Shown here: positions 57,328 to 64,000 of the stretch, one piece after another
Layout of the letters: each line of letters starts with the position of its first letter
How positions within the stretch are numbered: the first letter of the stretch is position 1
DNA from: Eledone cirrhosa
Lineage: Eukaryota
Assembly: GCA_964016885.1 (NCBI GenBank)
Contig: OZ024745.1
Location: 102,052,001-102,116,000, forward strand
Direction of reading: 5' to 3'
Length of the DNA: 64,000 nt
Translations under genes and position numbers: made by a program
Notes under the pieces: generated by a model
What the model was told of the DNA's origin: nothing
Seen by the model: the letters and a program-made list of their open reading frames with translations, nothing else
Databases searched by the model: none

Positions 57328-57398
57328 TTTAGCAAATAGAGATCAAGATAATCAGTAATAGAATAAAATAGTTAGCTCCAGTACAACTGTGGAACCAG
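57328..57398 (+). CDS. KATNIP: Candidate KATNIP terminal or decayed exon
   Basis: Long (CT)n tract plus ttgcag acceptor. Phase-2 reading S-LANRDQDNQ**NKIVSSSTTVEP resembles the recalled KATNIP segment DQDVQ..NEN.I...VDP. Confidence 0.5.
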
Positions 57399-57439
57399 GA
57401 AAAGATCTGATACTGATTTGTTGTTCATTGTCTTTGTTG

Positions 57440-58068
57440 ACTGTAATAGTAATATACGCGAATGGCAGAGCGTAAACGAATTGAGAGAGAGACTGAGCAT
57501 AAACGGAATCAAATGCTTTGTACAGGAGAGGAGGTTGCGTTGGGATGGACATGTGATGCATATGAAGGATGACAGCTGCATAAAAAGGTGCAGAGCACTA
57601 GAAGTCGATGGAAGACGCGGAGTGGGGAAACCCAAGAAGACCTGGGATGAGGTGATAAAAGCCAACCATACCCCATTGCACATCTCAAGAGCAATGACAC
57701 ACGACCGTGACCTCTGGCGTCACGCAGTAACACAGAAGACCCCCCCCCCACAGGAACAAGCCAAAGCTGAAGCATATAGACAATATGGCCCCACACCCTC
57801 CCACTGCAAAGTGGTCGTGGAGGTGCCACGGCAAAAAAGCACCCAGCCCACACCGTAAAGTGGACGTGTAGGCGCCACGGGAAAAAAAGCACCCAGTCCA
57901 CACTGTAAATGAGGTTGGTGTTAGGAAGGGCATCCAGCTGTAGAAATCAAGACAAAATCAGTTCCCGTATGAGCAAGACAAGGTCAGCCGACCGGACACT
58001 CTCCACAACAGGACACCCTATGCTAGCGTGGAAGAACGGACGTAAAATGGTGATGATGATGATGATGA
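57440..58068 (+). mobile_element. RTE LINE 3' fragment
   Basis: RERLSINGIKCFVQERRLRWDGHV...GKPKKTW plus 3' UTR and (GAT)n. Confidence 0.9.
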
Positions 58069-58744
58069 CTATATATATAGAGAACTTTTTAGAATACATG
58101 AAATGTACATTGTTTAATGTGTGTATGCATGAGTGAAAAGGTTTATGTGTGTATTACATGTGACATCATGTGCACACAGATACATATGAATATATATACA
58201 TATGTATATACATATGTATGTTTCCATGCTAGTGTGGAAGATAGACGTTAAACGATGATGATGATGATATATATATGTGTGTGTGAGTTGATGAAGGACT
58301 GTGACAAATGGAGAGATGATGTACTGAAGAGGGCCCATCCCACCCTTGAAAGCAGGGAAAAGCAGACAAAAAATGATGATGATGATATATATATATAAAT
58401 ATATAAATATAAATTAGCGAGAATCGTATTTCGGCTTTGGAATTAGTGAAAAACAAGTTCCGAGATGTGTGGCAAGCGCACCATAATTCTGACAAACCAG
58501 AGCTACAACATACGTTAAAAGGCCAAACACACTGAGACGATGGTTAAACCGTCATCTGCACAGCCATAGAAACGACCAAGTAATTCGGGTCAAACTATAT
58601 ATATATATACATATGTATAGATAAAAGTAAAATGTGTATGTGTGTGAATATCATCATGATTTAATGTCTCTATTCCTTGCTAGCAAGGAGTGGATGGGTC
58701 ATCACAGACCAAGCTAGTACTTATTTGAAGCTACTGAACTCTCA

Positions 58745-58975
58745 GATGGTGGTACAGGCACATACCATAAAAGGTGTCTCAGAATGATAAAGCAACCATC
58801 CTCATGCCAATACACACATATGAAGAGATCAAAGCCAGCTGACTAGATATTGTAGTCAAAGAACAGAAATGATTTCTAATTGATTTATCAATCCCCACAG
58901 AGGACAGTATATCTCCCAAAGAAATGAAAAATTATCCAAGTATAAAGATCTGGAGATAGAAATAATCCAAATCTG
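58745..58975 (+). mobile_element. Decayed R4/Dong-like (RLE) non-LTR fragment, with a related piece at ~59835-59990
   Basis: WYRHIP*KVSQNDKATIL..MPIHT..EIKAS*LDIVV...LIDLSIP...KYKDLEIEI, and later LQTTCLLGEAQILKK. Confidence 0.7.
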
Positions 58976-58984
58976 AAAACAGCA

Positions 58985-59068
58985 CATGCTGCTGTGCTCA
59001 GTGCACGTACTGCTGTGCTCAGTGCACGTACTGCTGTGTCAGTGCATGTACTGCTGTGCTCAGTAATG
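58985..59068. repeat. ~21 bp tandem repeat
   Basis: (GTACTGCTGTGCTCAGTGCAC) about 4 times. Confidence 0.9.
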
Positions 59069-59107
59069 CAGTGACAGCACATAATGAAAATGAAGCCACT
59101 ACTACTA

Positions 59108-60760
59108 ATAATTGTTTCTACTTTAGGCACAAGGCCAGCAATTACTCAGTGCATTACTGGTACTTTATTTTATCGACCCCGTAAGGATGAAAGGCAAAGT
59201 CAACCTCGGCGGGATTTGAACTCAGATCGTAAAGGGACGTAACTATGCTGGAAAGCATGGTGTCCGACCCTCTACCGATACTGCCAATAATAGCAATGTT
59301 TGTACTTTTGGCACAAGGCCAGCAATTACCTCAGTGCATTACTGGTGCTTTATTTTATCAAACCCCCGTGAGGATGAAAGGCAAAGCTAACCTTAGCGGG
59401 ATTTGGACTGAGAATTTAAAGGGGCGTAACTCTATGCTGTGAAGCAAAGTGTCCGATGCTCTACCAATACTGTCAATCTACTGTATAACAATAAAGATAA
59501 TAATTGTTTCTACTTTTGGCACAAGGCCAGCAATTACCCAGTGCATTACTGGTACTTTATTTTATCTACCCCGTAAGGATGAAAGGCAAAGTTAATGATT
59601 TCTACAATAGGCACAAGGCCAGTAATTTGGGGGGAGGAGAAAGTCGATTAAATCGACCCAGTGTATTACTGGTACTTTATTTTATCGACCCCGTAAGGAT
59701 GAAAGGCAAAGTTAACCTCGGCGGGATTTGAACTCAGACCGTAAAGGGACGTAACTCTGTGCTGCAAAGCATGTCGTCTGACTCTCTACCGATACTGCCA
59801 ATCTACCGCCCTAAATAATAATAATAATAATAGGGATTGAACTGCTCCAGACAACATGCCTACTGGGAGAAGCCCAAATATTGAAAAAGGATCTGGACTA
59901 CCAGCAGTAGTGAAATGACAAGGAATTATATGAAAAAGTTCAAGTTACCCTAGGCTATTTGTTGTAGCCCAGCATTCCCTAAAAAAACCCAGCTCAAAGC
60001 AACATAAATTTGGTCATGATAAATAGTCAAATAATTTTTTCTATTTTTGGCACAAGACCAGCAATTATCCCAGTGTATTACTGGTGCTTTATTTTATCAA
60101 CGCCGTAAGGATGAAAGGCAAAGTTAACCTTGGCTGGATTTGAACTCAGACTGTAAAGGGGCCTAACTCTATGCTGAAAAGTATGGCATCCAACCCTCTA
60201 CCGATACTGCCAATCCACCATAAATAGTCAAATAAGAACAATAAGCGCAGGTATTACTGAGTTTAAGCATAGGGATGACTCAGCTGTTAAGGAATTTGCT
60301 TCATAACCACAAGGTTTTGGGTTCCATCCTACTGCATGGCATTTAGGAAAGTGTTTACTACTATAATTTGGGAAGGAAATCTGGTCAATAGACACTGTGC
60401 CAAAAGCCCTTCATATATATACATTTGTGTGTGTGTGTGTATCAGCTGGGTCTGTTTGTTTATGTCCTGTAACTTAGTAGTTCAACAAATAGGAATTGAT
60501 AAAATAAGTACTGGATCTGATATCATTGAATGTGTTGCCCCAGCATAGCTGCAGTCTAATAACTGAAACCAGTAAAATAATGAAAGAGAAAAATAAATAA
60601 TTGTTTCTACTTTAGGCACAAGGCCAGCAATCACCCAGTGCATTACTGGTACTTTATTTTATCGACCCCGTAAGGATGAAAGGCAAAGTCAACCTCGGCG
60701 GGATTTGAACTCAGATCATAAAGGGACGTAACTATGCTGGAAAGCATGGCGTCCGACCCT
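59108..60760 (-). mobile_element. Cluster of ~6 co-oriented SINE family B copies
   Basis: Copies start near 59108, 59296, 59502, 59598, 60035 (TSD ATAAATAGTCAAATAA) and 60598. Confidence 0.9.
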
Positions 60761-61069
60761 AGCCAAGTTATTTTGTTTGGTTTGTAACTTTTATTTTTAC
60801 TTTTATTTATATTGGACACTGAAAGAAATTGGATTAGCCACTTGTTGAATAAGTGAGAAATGGAGATTGTTGTCCCTTAATCTAGATAATAGCTAGTCAA
60901 GATTTCAAGAAAGCTGTAAAAGTAGCTGACATGGCATACAACTTCAAAGTATTGATTCTTATATTGTAAAGTAAAAATAGCACAGATTATATTTACCATG
61001 TAAGTCCCACTTTACTGTTCTTAGTAGTTACTATAATAAGATTTCTTTAAAGAAAACATCGAAAAAATA

Positions 61070-61733
61070 AAATATATATGTATATATATATATATGTGTA
61101 TTTGTATGTATATATATATACGTATATGTATATATGTATATGTATGTATATATATACGTATATGTATATATGTATGTATATGTATATATATATATATGTA
61201 TATGTATATATGTATATATGTACATGTAAGTATACGTATATATGTATATGTATGTATGTATATGTATGTGTATGTATATGTATGTATATGTATATATGTG
61301 TATATGTATGTATATGTATACATATGTGTATATGTATATATTTATGTATATGTATATATTTATGTATATATACATATATGTATATATATATATATGTATA
61401 TATGTATATATACATATATGTATATATATATATATGTATATATGTATATATACATATATGTATATATATATGTATATATGTATATATACATATATGTATA
61501 TATGTATGTGTATATATGTATGTATATGTATGTTTATATATGTATATATGTATATATACATATATGTATATATGTATGTATGTATATGTATGTATATATA
61601 TGTATGTATATGTATGTATATATATATGTGTGTATATGTATATATATATATATACATACATATGTATGTGTATATATATGTGTATATATATGTGTGTGTA
61701 TATATATATATGTATATATATATACACATATAT

Positions 61734-61780
<47 letters not shown>

Positions 61781-61785
61781 TACAC

Positions 61786-61824
<39 letters not shown>

Positions 61825-62098
61825 TATATATAAAGTTCTTGCATGTTTGACTGATTCACTCTTGTTATTCATATCTGGATAAGTGAAGAAAAATTTGGTT
61901 TAAAAGTAAAAGAGAGAAATGAATAACAGAAGAAAAAATATCCTCTGGAATCAATTTCTTAACAATAGCAACATTGAAATAATGAAAAAGGGGCAAAAAA
62001 TAAAATTAATAAATTGCAGTTATATTCTTTCAAAAATGTACTTAAATTTCCAATTTCTTGCTGTCTGTCTCTACCCCTTTTATATATGTGTGTATGTT

Positions 62099-62131
<33 letters not shown>

Positions 62132-62520
62132 GTGTGTGTATGTGTGTGTGTGTCTATATATGTGTGTGTGTCTGTCTATATGTGTGTGTGTGTGTGTTTG
62201 TGTCTATGTATATGTGTGTCTATATATATGTGTGTGTCTATATATGTGTGTGTGTGTGTGTCTATGTATATGTGTGTCTCTATGTGTGTGTGTGTCTGTT
62301 TCTATGTATGTGTGTGTGTGTGTGTCTGTCTATGTGTGTGTGTGTCTATGTATATGTGTGTCTCTATATATGTGTGTGTGTCTATATATATGTGTGTGTC
62401 TATATATGTGTGTGTATATATATATATGTATATATATATATGTGTGTCTATATATGTGTGTGTCTATATATGTGTGTGTGTGTGTGTGTGTCTATATCTG
62501 TCTGTGTGTGTGTATTTATA
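61070..62520. repeat. (TA/TG)n compound microsatellites (61070-61830, 62080-62520)
   Basis: Direct inspection. Confidence 0.95.
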
Positions 62521-63021
62521 TTGTCCATTTCCTTCCAACAAATTCTTGTGAAGTTGCCATTATATTTTCCAATCTGTCCACTCTCCCATCACAGCCCTGT
62601 TTCATTCCCTCATTTGTTTCCATAGATAAATAAATATATAAATATATAACTCCACAAACTACTGCCGACCTTCTGAAACTTTGTACGATAAGAAAAACGG
62701 AAACAATATTTTTTGCTGTTTTGTTTACAGTTGCCATAATTCTTTATAGTTCATTCATTCCGAAATATCTAAATTAAATCCTATAACATTTGACTGTTAA
62801 AATTTTTATATCTGTCTCTCTTTTCGTTCTTTTTCTTTTCTTTTTGTCTAAAAGTTACTTGATTTTGAGTTTTCATAAAGTAATCATCATGTTTGTATGT
62901 GTGTGTGTTTTCATTTACATATTTATATATACAAAACTGTTGGTTGGTTGATTTTTAAAGAATGTCTCCACAGCATATATATAAATACTTCATGTATATA
63001 TTATATACATTTATGTATGTA

Positions 63022-63053
<32 letters not shown>

Positions 63054-63114
63054 CCAACATTTATATATTTCTTGGTGCAATACTTGTTTATATTTTTATT
63101 TATATATATATATA

Positions 63115-63936
63115 CTAGCAGAAATGCCCGGCATTGCTCGGGATTCTAAACATAGATTGGCATGTTTATCCCTCCTTTCTGAAACAGTTTCGTCGTATGT
63201 TCACCAATTGATGCAGAAGCCCTAATAAAAAGTAAAGTCGTCTTGCGTGAATAAGCAAATAATTTTACATTAAGATTTTTCAAAAGCATGTAATTGCGTT
63301 TCCTCTCTTTTTTGTTGTTGTTTTTGCTGCTGTTGGTGTGATAGCAGCTGTTGGTTGTACTACTAACACAGTCTCGTCCTTCTTCAGCCAATCGTGTAAT
63401 CCCCTTCTGCCTCGTCTACCTAAAAAATGATTGTCGCACCTCCTTGTACACAATGTTCCTTGTACACAATGTTCCTATGCAAAGAGATTTGTCTTGCTTC
63501 CCACTCTAGAGCAGCCAACGTATAGTTGCCCGTGTGAAAAACATGACTCTTCCAGAAGAAGACCAGCAACAGCTAGGGTCCGACCCTGGGATTTGTTGAT
63601 AGACATTGCAAAGCTGACACGAATTGGAAAATGGAATGGCTGCTCCTGATGGAATGAGAGGAACTCATGGAATGAATACATTGTCCCCTTGTCCACTAAA
63701 AGCAGGACGAAGTACACTAAGACTAACTGGTAGAGTAAGGAGTAAACTCGTCAGTGATGCATGTGATTTCCGAACCGTTGACTATGTAATTGCTGGCCTT
63801 GTGCCAAAAGTAGTGGGACTTTTTTGGTGGCATATCGGCAGTAACAATGACGATAAGCCATCTGTGCTTTCGTGAAATAAATACGTTTGTTTATGTTTTG
63901 TTATTGTGTATGCAAAAATATCTGTACACGAATATA

Positions 63937-63945
<9 letters not shown>
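63115..63945 (-). mobile_element. Helitron fragment with Pif1-like helicase C-terminal motifs and 3' terminus
   Basis: FPIRVSFAMSINKSQGRTL...CFSHGQLYVGCSRV (63475-63640). Terminus CCCGAGCAATGCCGGG...CTAG|T on the minus strand. Confidence 0.88.
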
Positions 63946-63982
<37 letters not shown>

Positions 63983-64000
63983 TAACAGATTAAAGTTTAA

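Noticed and set aside
58530-58585. Possible hammerhead CTGAGACGA...AGAAAC
   Set aside because: Core spacing is wrong and there is no convincing stem I or III.
59108-60760. CRISPR-like repeat/spacer appearance
   Set aside because: Units are ~180 bp SINE copies in a eukaryotic intron, with no cas genes.

Overview
AT-rich, microsatellite-dense animal genomic DNA. The SINE, RTE and (TA)n content suggests a coleoid cephalopod (octopod-like); this is an inference. The window is mostly intronic and holds three clear + strand coding exons of KATNIP/KIAA0556 (22887-23029, 27755-27856, 35201-35361) plus a probable decayed or terminal exon at 57328. The rest is mainly transposable elements: RTE LINE fragments and a tRNA-derived SINE sharing their tail, a second tRNA-SINE family, a near-complete CR1-group ORF2 with one frameshift, a Neptune-type Penelope GIY-YIG element, Helitron pieces, a fold-back mariner, TTAA MITEs, and piggyBac, hAT, Vingi and R4/Dong fossils. 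The most notable unexplained structure is a set of short, mutually unrelated islands sitting in (TA)n tracts. They carry minimal type-I hammerhead ribozymes (two near-canonical, at 42928-42974 minus and 44807-44849 plus, and several decayed) and fold-back palindromes, some centred on a hammerhead-like core. Family names come from motif recognition only; no database search was run.
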